DNA of 64,000 nt from NCBI GenBank assembly GCA_963840855.1, contig CAWJBB010000002.1, forward strand, positions 32,001 through 96,000, in the 5' to 3' direction. Shown piece by piece: positions 40,850 through 50,318 of the stretch (positions within the stretch are counted from its first letter, which is position 1; each line of letters opens with the position of its first letter). Below the pieces are notes generated by a model. That model worked only from the letters and a program-made list of their open reading frames with translations. It was not told the DNA's origin and did no database searches. Source of the DNA: an uncultured delta proteobacterium. Its GTDB lineage: Bacteria > Desulfobacterota > Binatia > UBA9968. A program made the position numbers and the translations under genes.

Positions 40850-41094
40850 TCAGAAAGATCGCGAACTCGTAGATGAACGGCATTCGCTGCGCCTTGTCGA
40901 ATACCGCCGGTTCTATGGTCGGCGATGCGGCGGCGCTGCATCTCGCCGTCAGCACGCCGGGAATAGCGCCACTGTGCGAGCTGGGCGAATTCGAGGTGAT
41001 AACAGGAGATCCGTTCTTCGGGCTGACGGTGGACAAGGGAGCGATCAGCGTGCCGGTGGGCAAGGGGCTCGGGGTGAGTTTGCGGGGCTTCTAG
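40850..41094 (+). pseudogene. C-terminal fragment of an enolase-superfamily (muconate cycloisomerase-like) gene
   Basis: 'AAALHLAVS', 'ISVPVGKGLGV'; in-frame TAG upstream, no N-terminal domain. Confidence 0.6.
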
Positions 41095-41187
41095 AAAATT
41101 GGATAATGGAATGGTGGACTATTGGATTGATGGGCTGCGGATTTCCCAACACTCCGGCGTCATTTCGGAGGAAGGAGGTGCGTGACC

Positions 41188-42291
41188 ATGGCCAAAGCTG
41201 AAGCAAGGAAAACTCTCCAACAGTTCGACGAGGAGCTAAAACAGCTGCACCTCAGCGGGCAATGGATTTATGAAGGTTTGCTGACCCAGTGCATCGGCGG
41301 ACCAAGACCGAAAGGCGATGCGTTTATCTGGCCGTGGAAGACCGTGTTGGAGAAGTTGACCGAGGCCGGCGACGTTCTCGAGGAAAGCTTCACGGCGCGC
41401 CGCAGTCTTCTGTTCAACAATCCGGCTCTGCCCATGGGCGGCACGACGCACACCTTGCTCATGGGAATTCAGATGATCAAGGCCGGCGAAATCGCCTGGG
41501 CGCATCGCCACACGTTGGCGGCGATTCGCTTCGTCATCAAGGGCGACGGCAAGGTTTTTAGCGTCGTTGATGGCGAAAGATGTCCGATGGAGCCGTTCGA
41601 TTTAATTCTCACGCCGCAGTGGACCTGGCACGATCACCAAAACCCCACGAACGAAACGGCCATGTGGGTCGATGTGCTCGACGTGCCGTTCATGCTCGGT
41701 CTGAACCTGCCTTTCTACGAACCCTATCCGGGAGACAAGGTTCAAGCCGTGCGCCAGAAGCTGAGCGAGCACTTGCAGCAGAGAGCGGGCGTCGTTCGTC
41801 CAACCTGGGAAAAAGCCAAGCAGGAAAATCTGCCGTTGCGCTATCGCTGGAAGGATATCGAACCCCAACTGCGCGCGCTGTCCGACCAGGCGGGTAGCCC
41901 GTACGACGGCGTTGCGTTGGAGTATGTCAATCCGATCACCGGCGGGCCGACGCTGGCGACGCTAAGTTGCTGGATTCAGTTGCTGCGTCCCGGCGAACAT
42001 ACAAAGAAGCATCGCCACACTTCGAGCGCGGTTTATTTCGTGGTCGACGGGGAAGGCACGACCGTCGTTGGCGATAAGGCGATGGACTGGAACCAACATG
42101 ATTCGTTCGCAGTGCCCAATTGGGCGTGGCACGAGCATGTGAATCGTTCGAAGACGCAGGAGGCGATTCTTTTTTCAGTCAACGACACGCCGATCGTCAG
42201 CGCCTTCGGCCACTATCGCGAAGAACCGGAGAATTCACTACGCTCGGCCACAACTCCGGCAGTGCCGGTGCCAACCGCGGCGAAGGGATAA
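41188..42291 (+). CDS. Gentisate 1,2-dioxygenase family bicupin
   Basis: 'AHRHTLAAIRF', 'LTPQWTWHDH', 'HRHTSSAVY', 'PNWAWHEH'. Confidence 0.9.
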   Translation: MAKAEARKTLQQFDEELKQLHLSGQWIYEGLLTQCIGGPRPKGDAFIWPWKTVLEKLTEAGDVLEESFTARRSLLFNNPALPMGGTTHTLLMGIQMIKAGEIAWAHRHTLAAIRFVIKGDGKVFSVVDGERCPMEPFDLILTPQWTWHDHQNPTNETAMWVDVLDVPFMLGLNLPFYEPYPGDKVQAVRQKLSEHLQQRAGVVRPTWEKAKQENLPLRYRWKDIEPQLRALSDQAGSPYDGVALEYVNPITGGPTLATLSCWIQLLRPGEHTKKHRHTSSAVYFVVDGEGTTVVGDKAMDWNQHDSFAVPNWAWHEHVNRSKTQEAILFSVNDTPIVSAFGHYREEPENSLRSATTPAVPVPTAAKG

Positions 42292-42404
42292 AGTCATTCG
42301 CGCGCAATAGCCCTTGGATGGGCTCAGGGCGATGCTTCGACATAAGCTCAGGATGGTGAGCGAAAGTCGAACCATACGATACCCGGTCTTCGAGTGCACT
42401 CCAT

Positions 42405-43625
42405 ATGGATAACGCCCAATTTGCGGAGATCGCCGCCTGCATTACCGAAGCGGGTTTGGCTGGTCAATCTGAAACGGCGGCGCTTACCGGGTTCTGCGAA
42501 CGCGCTGTAGCTTTCGGATTACCGCTCGCTCGCGCAAACGTCGTCATCGACACGCTACATCCAGTTTATGAAGGCCGCGCCTTTACTTGGAAACGCCAAC
42601 AAAAGGAAACGACGCTCAGCGAGTATGGCCGAAACCCGGGGCGCTCGGAACGGTGGGAACGCAGCCCGTTTTACCGTCTCGAAGTCTCCGGCGAGTCGCT
42701 GCTCAAATGCCGGCTGACCGCGGCGACAGAGGCCATGTTTCCGATATTTTCCGAACTGCGTTTGGATGGCATCACCGACTATGTGGCGATCGCGAATCGG
42801 TTCGCCGCGGAGGGAATCATCGGCGAGATGGATTGCGTGTATTCGTCGTGGGCTACGGACGCGCCACAGGGGTTCGGCGATGCCGACGTCGCCGATCTAA
42901 GCCGACTCATGCCCTCATTCGCGCTCACGATGAAATCGGCGTCGCTGGCGCGGGTCGCGGAAACTTTGGTTGAGACCTATCTCGGGCGCGACGCGGGCCG
43001 GCGCGTGTTAGAAGGACGAATCGCGCGAGGCATCGCGGATCGGATTGAAGCAGTCCTGTGGTTTAGCGACCTGCGCAACTACACAAGGATCAGCGATTCG
43101 GCGGCGCCTGAGCAGATTATTCCTTTCCTTAACGACTACGCGGATGCGGTCATTTCGGCGATTCATCAGCAGGGGGGAGATGTCCTGAAACTGATGGGCG
43201 ACGGCGTGCTCGCCATATTCACAGCGGACGATCGTGGCCGCGCCTGCCTGGCGGCGCTCGCGGCCGCAGCCGATGCGCGCCGCGCCGTCGCGGCGGTAAA
43301 TCAGCGCCGAGCGGCGCAAAGTCTACCGACCACCGATATGTATCTCGGTCTTCACGTCGGCGAAGTATTTTACGGCAACATCGGGAGCCGCGAGCGCCTC
43401 GATTTCACGGTCGTCGGACCGGCGGTCAACGAAGTGAGCCGGATCGCCGGCTTGTGCCAATCCGTTGACCAGCCATTGCTCGTCTCCTCCGCCTTTGCGT
43501 CCGCGATCGGCGAACCGAAAAAACTGCTCGTCTCGGTCGGCCGATACGCCCTCCGCGGTGTCGGACGCCCCCAAGATTTATATACGCTCGAGAACAATGC
43601 GGGCGCCGCTGTCGTGGAGTCGTAA
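42405..43625 (+). CDS. Class III adenylate/guanylate cyclase
   Basis: 'FSDLRNYT', 'LKLMGDG', 'YGNIGS..RLDFTVVGPAVNEVSR'. Confidence 0.92.
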   Translation: MDNAQFAEIAACITEAGLAGQSETAALTGFCERAVAFGLPLARANVVIDTLHPVYEGRAFTWKRQQKETTLSEYGRNPGRSERWERSPFYRLEVSGESLLKCRLTAATEAMFPIFSELRLDGITDYVAIANRFAAEGIIGEMDCVYSSWATDAPQGFGDADVADLSRLMPSFALTMKSASLARVAETLVETYLGRDAGRRVLEGRIARGIADRIEAVLWFSDLRNYTRISDSAAPEQIIPFLNDYADAVISAIHQQGGDVLKLMGDGVLAIFTADDRGRACLAALAAAADARRAVAAVNQRRAAQSLPTTDMYLGLHVGEVFYGNIGSRERLDFTVVGPAVNEVSRIAGLCQSVDQPLLVSSAFASAIGEPKKLLVSVGRYALRGVGRPQDLYTLENNAGAAVVES

Positions 43626-43660
43626 CCCACGCAACCGCGCGGGCCCGGTTGTCAATCACT

Positions 43661-44635
43661 TTACCGCAGAAGACTCGGCAACCGACCTTTGATGATCTCC
43701 TCCGCCTCCCTGAGTATATCCTGGACAACTTCACTGACGCTCTTAATGGCGTCGATCAAGCCTGCGTCTTGACCGAAGGAAAGCGAGGCGTTGTCGACAT
43801 CGCCGGCGGCGCGGGCGGCGGCGACCTGCTGGCCGACCTCGCGCGCGTTTTGCCGCAACGCCCATTCGCGCCCCGACCAGCGCTCGATAAACTTGTTGCG
43901 CTGAGCGCGCGACATCGCGCCTGGCCAGACCCGTTGGCTCGCTAGATCGGGAATTTCGGTCAACACGGTGTCGTGGCCGTCGCTTTTGACGATGGCTTCT
44001 TTGAAGTTCGAATGAATCGGCGCTTCCGGCGTAGCCATGAATCGGGTGCCAAGCAACACACCTTCAGCTCCAAGAGCCAGCGCCGCCGCCAGGCCGCGTC
44101 CGTCGGCGATTCCACCGGCGGAGAGAACCGGCAGCGGCGCCACCGCGTTGACCATCATCGGCACCAGCGGCAAGGACGCCATCCAAACCACATGCCCTCC
44201 GGCTTCCGTGCCTTGCGCCACAAGGACGTCAGCCCCGGCTTCCGCGGCGCGGCGAGCTTCGGGAACCTCCCCGGCCATATACATGACCTTGCAGCCGACA
44301 TCGTGGGCGCGCTGAAAATAGTCGCGCAGGTCCTGGTCCTTTCGCGCCCACGCAAAGGCGGCGACCGCCGGTCGAGCGCGGAGCGTGACAGCGAACATGT
44401 CTTCCTGAATTTGAAACAATAGATGATTGATGCCGAATGGTTTGTCGGTGCGCTCGCGAATGGCGCCGATCTCGGTGTCCAACGTCGCGGCGTTGAATGC
44501 CGAGGTGCCAAGGGTGCCGAAGCCTCCGGCATTGGATACGGCGGCGACCAGCGGAGCGGTGGTCGCGGTGCCCATGCCGCCAAGAACGATCGGATGGGGA
44601 ATGTCGAGCAGATCGCAGATGCGCGTGTGAATCAT
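43661..44635 (-). CDS. Nitronate monooxygenase / FabK-like flavoprotein
   Basis: 'AQGTEAGGH', 'AGGIADGRG', 'GVLLGTRF'. Confidence 0.92.
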   Translation of the reverse strand: MIHTRICDLLDIPHPIVLGGMGTATTAPLVAAVSNAGGFGTLGTSAFNAATLDTEIGAIRERTDKPFGINHLLFQIQEDMFAVTLRARPAVAAFAWARKDQDLRDYFQRAHDVGCKVMYMAGEVPEARRAAEAGADVLVAQGTEAGGHVVWMASLPLVPMMVNAVAPLPVLSAGGIADGRGLAAALALGAEGVLLGTRFMATPEAPIHSNFKEAIVKSDGHDTVLTEIPDLASQRVWPGAMSRAQRNKFIERWSGREWALRQNAREVGQQVAAARAAGDVDNASLSFGQDAGLIDAIKSVSEVVQDILREAEEIIKGRLPSLLR

Positions 44636-44866
44636 GACGCCTCCGATTCTCTTTAAGACTTCAGCCGTGCTTTCTAGCCCTAGCCGAATCAGCGCGCTTT
44701 GTAAAATCGAGATGATGTGAGGAAAACGTTGTGTCCGTAGCTGAACTTGAGATTACTCGGAACTGTTCACGGCAGCTTTCGGCTAGGGTTAGACTACAAA
44801 GAGGAGCTGGATTAGCTTGCGGGTCATTACGCGGCTATAATACTGCCAAGTTCACAGGAGGTTATC

Positions 44867-45469
44867 ATGTCATATATTCCATACGTCGATCTCGAAAAGA
44901 TTATCGACCCCGAGATTCGCGGGTATCTCGAGCGGGCCCGCAAGGAAGGCACGCCTCGGCCCGAGAGCCAGGCAATTCGAGCCAACAATCCCAACGTGAT
45001 CCGGGCGTTTTCGCAGGCGTGGGACCTAACGTTTCGGAACGGCGCTGTCGATCATAAACTCAAGGAAATGTGCCGGGTCTACGTGTCGAAATCCATCGAC
45101 TGCGAATATTGAGGCGTGCAGCGATCCGTCCAGGCTGGACGGCAGGGACTGTCGGAAGAGAATTACGATGAGCTCCTCAATTTTCAGCGCTCGGATAAGT
45201 TCACCGAGCGGGAGAAAGTGGCGCTCACGTACACCAGTGCGATCATCTGGAATTCCGATATTGCCGATGACGCCCTCTGGGAGAAGCTGCACCGCCACTT
45301 CACGATTCCCGAGCTCGTCGAGCTCGGATTTTTCATAGCGCTGACGTTCGGTCAGCAGCGCTGGATCAAGACTCTGGGTATCGGCCACGGTGAAATCTTG
45401 GCCGATAACGCTGCCGGACTTGCGGGTTCCCATAGCGACAAGATCGGGCTGCGGGAGACTGGGGGTTAA
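44867..45469 (+). CDS. AhpD/carboxymuconolactone decarboxylase-family selenoprotein (CxxU, Sec82), 200 aa
   Basis: In-frame TGA 45110-45112 in CEY-U-GVQRS; both halves form one CMD fold; SECIS-like hairpin follows. Confidence 0.85.
45113..45144 (+). promoter_or_regulatory. Putative bacterial SECIS element
   Basis: Stem CCGTCCA/TGGACGG (45126-45142), loop GGC starting 21 nt after UGA. Confidence 0.7.
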
Positions 45470-45589
45470 TTCCTACATGGTCCCGCACTGAGTCCAGACG
45501 TGTTCTACTAGGGCTGAAAGTTTTCGCGGGTTGCGCAAATGTTACCGTTGGTCTTTGCCCTTTAGCCACAGGAACTTAGGAATATTATC

Positions 45590-45660
45590 GCGCCAAGGCG
45601 CCAAGAACGCCAAGTTCGGAATTGTTTTTTTCCTTTGCGGCCTTTGCGCCTTTGCGCGAG
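45590..45660. repeat. Short tandem/inverted repeat element (CGCCAAG)n...(CTTTGCG)n
   Basis: CGCCAAG x3 then CTTTGCG x3. Confidence 0.65.
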
Positions 45661-45764
45661 ATGTTCCGGCTTTTGGTTGCGGCTCTGTTGCGCTAGGGGC
45701 ACTTGTAATTGGGAGCGATAAATTGTCTTGAACTTCGTTTCCCGGGCTGTGATGGCTGGAGCCT

Positions 45765-46844
45765 ATGCCAAATCAAGAAAAAATATTTACCGGTGAAATC
45801 GGTATTCACTATCCTCTCCATGTGCTCAATCGTTACTCGCTTCCTGAGTTGATCGGGCTTGCCGAGCGGGCGTGGCAGACCATGGAAAAACTTGGCTTTG
45901 GCCAGGTTTGGACCAACGACAATCTGGAGTACCGCAGCGTGTTGGCGAGTTCGGCGGCGATCGCGGCGCGCGTACCGGTCAAGCTCGGCACTGCGGTGAC
46001 CGTCCCCTACTTCCGTAATCCCGTCGATCTTGCCATGGCCTTTGCGACGATATCGGAGCTCACCAACGGCCGGGAGATTTCTCTCGGCTTGGGTCCCGGA
46101 TCGAGGTCGATACTCAAGCATCAAGTAGAGCGCGCCAAGCCGCTCGCGATCATGGCCGAATTGGCGACCGGCTTGCGAAAACTTTTCGCCGGCGAGGCGC
46201 TCAGGAGCAGTGAAATTCCCATTCTCGCGTCCTATTTCCACATGAACGCGGAGCAATACACGCTCCGCTTCAAAACCCGGTCGCCGATCCGTCTTTACTA
46301 CGGTCCGAGTCTCCTCAAGCCTGCCGTATTGGATCTGGTGGCGCGCCACTTCGACGGCGTGATCCTGCAAACTCTCTACGGCGTCGCCGACATGGAAGCG
46401 TCGCTTGAGCGCCTGCGGTTGGCGCGGTCGCAATCCGCGCTGCGCGAACCGCTGCGCAAAGTCATGCTGCTCAACGCGTCGGTTTCGCGCGACGGCCAGG
46501 CGGCCAGGCAGCACGCCAAAAGATTCGTTTCCCACATCGTATCCGGCTGGCCGGACGAAGTTCTGAAGACAAAGGGCATCGACCCGCAGGCGATTCGAGC
46601 TGTACGGCAAGCCTACGCGGAAAACCGCGGCGTCGACTACGCCGCCTCTCTGACTCCGGACGAAGCGGTGGATCGTTTGATCATCGCGGGCACACCGGCG
46701 CAGTGTAAAGAACGGATCGCCGAACTTTTCGCGCTGGCAGCCCGCGACGGTTTCACACAGGTCACGCTTGGCGTTCCGCTCGGACCCGATATCCCGGAGG
46801 TGATCGATCTCTGGGGCACAGAAATCCTGCCGGCGTTGCGCTAG
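45765..46844 (+). CDS. LLM-class oxidoreductase (Mer/F420-type-like)
   Basis: 'LGTAVTVPYFRNP..LA....T.SEL.NGR..LGLGPG', 'IAGTP..C'. Confidence 0.85.
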   Translation: MPNQEKIFTGEIGIHYPLHVLNRYSLPELIGLAERAWQTMEKLGFGQVWTNDNLEYRSVLASSAAIAARVPVKLGTAVTVPYFRNPVDLAMAFATISELTNGREISLGLGPGSRSILKHQVERAKPLAIMAELATGLRKLFAGEALRSSEIPILASYFHMNAEQYTLRFKTRSPIRLYYGPSLLKPAVLDLVARHFDGVILQTLYGVADMEASLERLRLARSQSALREPLRKVMLLNASVSRDGQAARQHAKRFVSHIVSGWPDEVLKTKGIDPQAIRAVRQAYAENRGVDYAASLTPDEAVDRLIIAGTPAQCKERIAELFALAARDGFTQVTLGVPLGPDIPEVIDLWGTEILPALR

Positions 46845-46951
46845 ACGAAAGGCTCTGGTGTTTTAGAGGACCGAATAGTCATCCTGCGAGTCGCGACCTT
46901 GAATCTGGAGCAAGGTCACAAATGTTGGGAAGCGCGTTGGGCTTCGTCCGC

Positions 46952-47641
46952 TTAAAGCAGGTTGACGGCGCGGGCGGCGAGCAACGCAAGGATCAGCAGT
47001 GAGAGCAGGGATTGCAGCATGGTCAAAAGTTTCGCCCAGCGCGCCAGCACCGGCACGTCGGTGGGCGACAAGGCGGTACTGGTGTTGAACGCTAGAAACA
47101 AGTAATCAATGAAGTTGGGCGACCAGTCCTGTTGCCCCGCTTCCCTCAGCGCCTCTTCGCTCATCGTCATCTGCGGAAAAAGAAACGCTCCATCCGGATG
47201 TCCCGCGCGTTTATCCCGTTGGTGCGGGCCGCCGGCGTCCAGCCGCCAGTACCATAGAGCAAAAACCAAGATATTGGTGGCCCAGAGCGAAGCCGCCGAA
47301 AGCAACAGCGCCAGCGGAGGCTCGCGGTGTGTAGGCAGAGCGCCGATCAGGAGAATGACGGAAACGGTCAATCCGATGGTGAGCAGCGCGTCCACCAAAA
47401 ACACGAAGATGGTATTCAATCGATGCCTGCCGGTGTGATGTGATACGACGGTTGGAAATAGCAAAGCTAAAATGAGAGAAGGGAAGAGCCAGCGCGGACC
47501 CAAGGTGAGGGCATCGGGTAGCCCCATGTAAAGCCCGCCAACAGCGAGGACGGCGATGAAAGCCGGCCACCGCGGTTCAGCGTCAAGAATCTCAACGGAG
47601 TTCTCCACCCGTAAGAGTATTGCGAGGGCTTCCTTAAACAT
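46952..47641 (-). CDS. DUF1345-like membrane protein
   Basis: TM helices; 'FLFPQM', 'PNFIDYLF..F.TSTA.SPTD'. Confidence 0.8.
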   Translation of the reverse strand: MFKEALAILLRVENSVEILDAEPRWPAFIAVLAVGGLYMGLPDALTLGPRWLFPSLILALLFPTVVSHHTGRHRLNTIFVFLVDALLTIGLTVSVILLIGALPTHREPPLALLLSAASLWATNILVFALWYWRLDAGGPHQRDKRAGHPDGAFLFPQMTMSEEALREAGQQDWSPNFIDYLFLAFNTSTALSPTDVPVLARWAKLLTMLQSLLSLLILALLAARAVNLL

Positions 47642-47869
47642 GATTACTCACAGCGCCGCGGATCAACTCGCTCGGTCAGTCGATTAAGCAGGTCCAAACG
47701 TTGTGCCGCGTCAGCGTATAATTCGAATTTGGCGATTTCAATCTGAGAGCGTGAAAACCTTGTCGCAGGAGACGTTTGCAGTTGCGAAAATTTGCGTCAT
47801 AAAGGTCGAAGAGGATCGTGATAGTGTGTTATCGCTACGTACCAAGAGCCGATCGAAAAGGATTGGACT

Positions 47870-48453
47870 GTGGCTAGGAAAGAGCAAAGGGTCTATTTAT
47901 TGCGCCATGGGGAGACCGAGTGGAGCCTCAATGGACGACACACCGGCGTGACCGATGTGCCACTTACCGAGAACGGGCGGATCGCCGCGCGGCGTCTAGA
48001 GCCCATTCTTGCCAAGGAGACTTTCGCGCTGGTCCTCACCAGTCCGCTTAGCCGCGCGCGCGAGACCTCCGAGCTAGCGGGATTAGGCAAGCAGGCGAAT
48101 GTCGAGGCCGACTTGATCGAGTGGAACTATGGAGAGTACGAGGGCCTCAAGACGAACAAATCCGCTTGACGAGGCCGGGCTGGTCGGTTTTTCGCGACGG
48201 CTGCCCCGGCGGAGAGACCCCGGAACAGATCGGCGCGCGCGCCGATCGCGTTCTCACCAAGGTCCATGCCAGCGAGGGAAACGTCGCCCTGTTCGCGCAC
48301 GGCCACATTCTTCGCGTACTCGCCGCGCGGTGGATCCATTTATCGGCTAGTTACGGCGAGCACTTCCTGCTCGATACCGCGACCCTGAACGTCCTTGGCT
48401 ACTACCGCGAGTCTCCTGCGTTCAAGATTTGGAACGCGCCGATCGCAAGATAA
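47870..48453 (+). CDS. Histidine phosphatase family protein, frameshift near 48160
   Basis: 'LRHGETEWS..GRHTG', 'EWNYGEYEG', 'FAHGH'. Confidence 0.8.
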
Positions 48454-48566
48454 GGGCTGCATATGTGATTCATTCGGCCATTGCTTCTGGAGTTAAGGCC
48501 GGGGCGGGAGAACTATGAGGAATTGAGAATCGAAGACGGGAACTACGAGGAGCACACCGAGTGTGC

Positions 48567-48707
48567 GGTTCAAGGTTCAATGGCTTCGCCTGTTCAACGT
48601 TCAATGGTCAATGTTCAACGTCCCCACCTCCCGACATTAAGCCTTGAAGTCGAAACCTTGAACCGCGCCGACGGCGCCACGTTGAACTTGAACCTTGAAC
48701 TTTGAAC
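48567..48707. repeat. Heptamer tandem/inverted repeat element
   Basis: GTTCAAG GTTCAAT..GTTCAAC GTTCAAT GGTCAAT GTTCAAC ... TTGAAC TTGAACC TTGAACT TTGAAC. Confidence 0.8.
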
Positions 48708-48739
48708 GAATATCCCCCGTTGACCACGCTTGGGCTATG

Positions 48740-50110
48740 CTATTTGGCTCCGTCGGTTGGCGGCGTGGCGCTCGCGATGGCCGAAACAGCCAGCGGCAGC
48801 TGCTTGGCCAGCGAGATCACGATGATTTGATTTTTCGTTCCTTTGCCGATGTTATTGCCGTCCGCGTCGTACTTGTTCTCGGCGGTGTCGAAGTCGTTGT
48901 CGTTGGCGACGGCGATGGTGTTGCGGTCGAGAATGACGAGCCCTTCGATCTTCTCCGGCATGTTTTCGAACTTGCTCAGATCGACAACCAGCGTTTTCGG
49001 CAGAACCGCCACGTTCTCCGTCGCTGGATTCTCCAGGGATTCCAGAGTGGGAACGGTTTTGGGATCGTTCCACTTGCTGTTGAGAATGTTGGTTGCCGTG
49101 CTCAGATCGACGCTGAATATCTTCGCCACCCCATCCGTGCGTTCGAGAATCAATAACGTCGTTGGATTCACGTAGGCCACGGCGGAGAGCTTCATCTCAT
49201 CAGGCTTCATTTTCGGATTGGGGTCAAATTCCTTGGCCACATCGAAGCGATAGACATATTCCGCCGTCACCTTCTCGCTCGCGACGTCGAATATCAAAAC
49301 CCTCGTGTTGCGGGAATCGTCGCCGGTTTTCCGGTCGGGATTGAGAAGCGGACTCTGGAGCACTATGTAAAGCGTCTTCTCGTCGCTGCTCATTGCCAGG
49401 CCTTCGAAGCCGCGATTGATCTTCCTCTTAACAAAAATTGGCGAGAAGACAGGCACCAGGGGATAATCGGCAGCGGCGAGCTTGAGTCCTTCGGGAATGT
49501 AGCGCTTTAAGACTTTACCGGACCGATCCAGTCGCATTAGCGATGGGCTGTATTCCTCGACGATCCAAAATTCCCCGGCCTTGGTCCGCACCAGACCTTC
49601 CGAATCGATGCCGCTGGGATTGAACGGCAATTCGTTTTTCCCCGTAACGTCGTAAGGAGTCTCGTCATAACCTTTGATATTCGAAATGCCGGACACCGAT
49701 TTTCCCGATTGGCCGAGGATCGGGAGCGTTTCGAGGATCCGAATGGTATCGCCCTCGGTTTTCACGCGCAAAATCATCGGGCTGAAAGTCGGAATGGGAA
49801 AAGTCCGGCGGTTTGCGCCGTCGATTCGCACCTGGCCGTTGGGGCCGCGGTCGGTCATCAGCCAAAATTCATCCTTGGGATCGTTGGGGCCCTGCCAGAG
49901 ATCGCTGCCGGTGCCGCCCAGTGAAATTTTGCGATCGTTGGTAACGCTACCGGGCAGCACGGCGTTATGGAAATCCTTGATAGCGATGAAGGGCAAGGTG
50001 TAGCGCGCGATGACCTTGTCGTCGCCGAAGACGGCGGCGGGCGCAGCCTGAGCCGCGAAGGCGAAGCCCAGGATGAGCAGAGACAGTTTTTTCAATGATG
50101 CGATGAGCAT
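48740..50110 (-). CDS. Esterase-like activity of phytase family protein (secreted)
   Basis: 'TDRGPN', 'DSEGL', 'EEYSP', 'NRGFEG', 'KIEG', 'NDNDF'; signal peptide. Confidence 0.9.
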   Translation of the reverse strand: MLIASLKKLSLLILGFAFAAQAAPAAVFGDDKVIARYTLPFIAIKDFHNAVLPGSVTNDRKISLGGTGSDLWQGPNDPKDEFWLMTDRGPNGQVRIDGANRRTFPIPTFSPMILRVKTEGDTIRILETLPILGQSGKSVSGISNIKGYDETPYDVTGKNELPFNPSGIDSEGLVRTKAGEFWIVEEYSPSLMRLDRSGKVLKRYIPEGLKLAAADYPLVPVFSPIFVKRKINRGFEGLAMSSDEKTLYIVLQSPLLNPDRKTGDDSRNTRVLIFDVASEKVTAEYVYRFDVAKEFDPNPKMKPDEMKLSAVAYVNPTTLLILERTDGVAKIFSVDLSTATNILNSKWNDPKTVPTLESLENPATENVAVLPKTLVVDLSKFENMPEKIEGLVILDRNTIAVANDNDFDTAENKYDADGNNIGKGTKNQIIVISLAKQLPLAVSAIASATPPTDGAK

Positions 50111-50156
50111 GAGGATTCCTTTCGAGAGAAAATATCTGCACAACCTACCTGCCGGT

Positions 50157-50186
50157 TGTTACAAGAATGTTACAACAAAGTAAACT
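50157..50186 (-). promoter_or_regulatory. Putative Pho-box-like operator (11-bp period direct repeat)
   Basis: TGTTACAA at 50157 and 50168 (TTGTAACA on the coding strand), upstream of the phytase-like gene. Confidence 0.5.
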
Positions 50187-50230
50187 GGGATTTACGTCTA
50201 GAAGTTCGTATGGGCGCTGAGAGCGCTGCG

Positions 50231-50276
50231 TTGACAGTCGCGGAGTGGCAACCTATATGTAACCCATGTAACCCAT
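50231..50276 (+). promoter_or_regulatory. Sigma70-like promoter with overlapping direct repeat
   Basis: TTGACA-17nt-TATATG; ATGTAACCC x2 at 50257-50274. Confidence 0.5.
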
Positions 50277-50318
50277 AAGTTATCTGGGGGGAGGTTCATC
50301 GAAAGGGGCGCAATCCGC

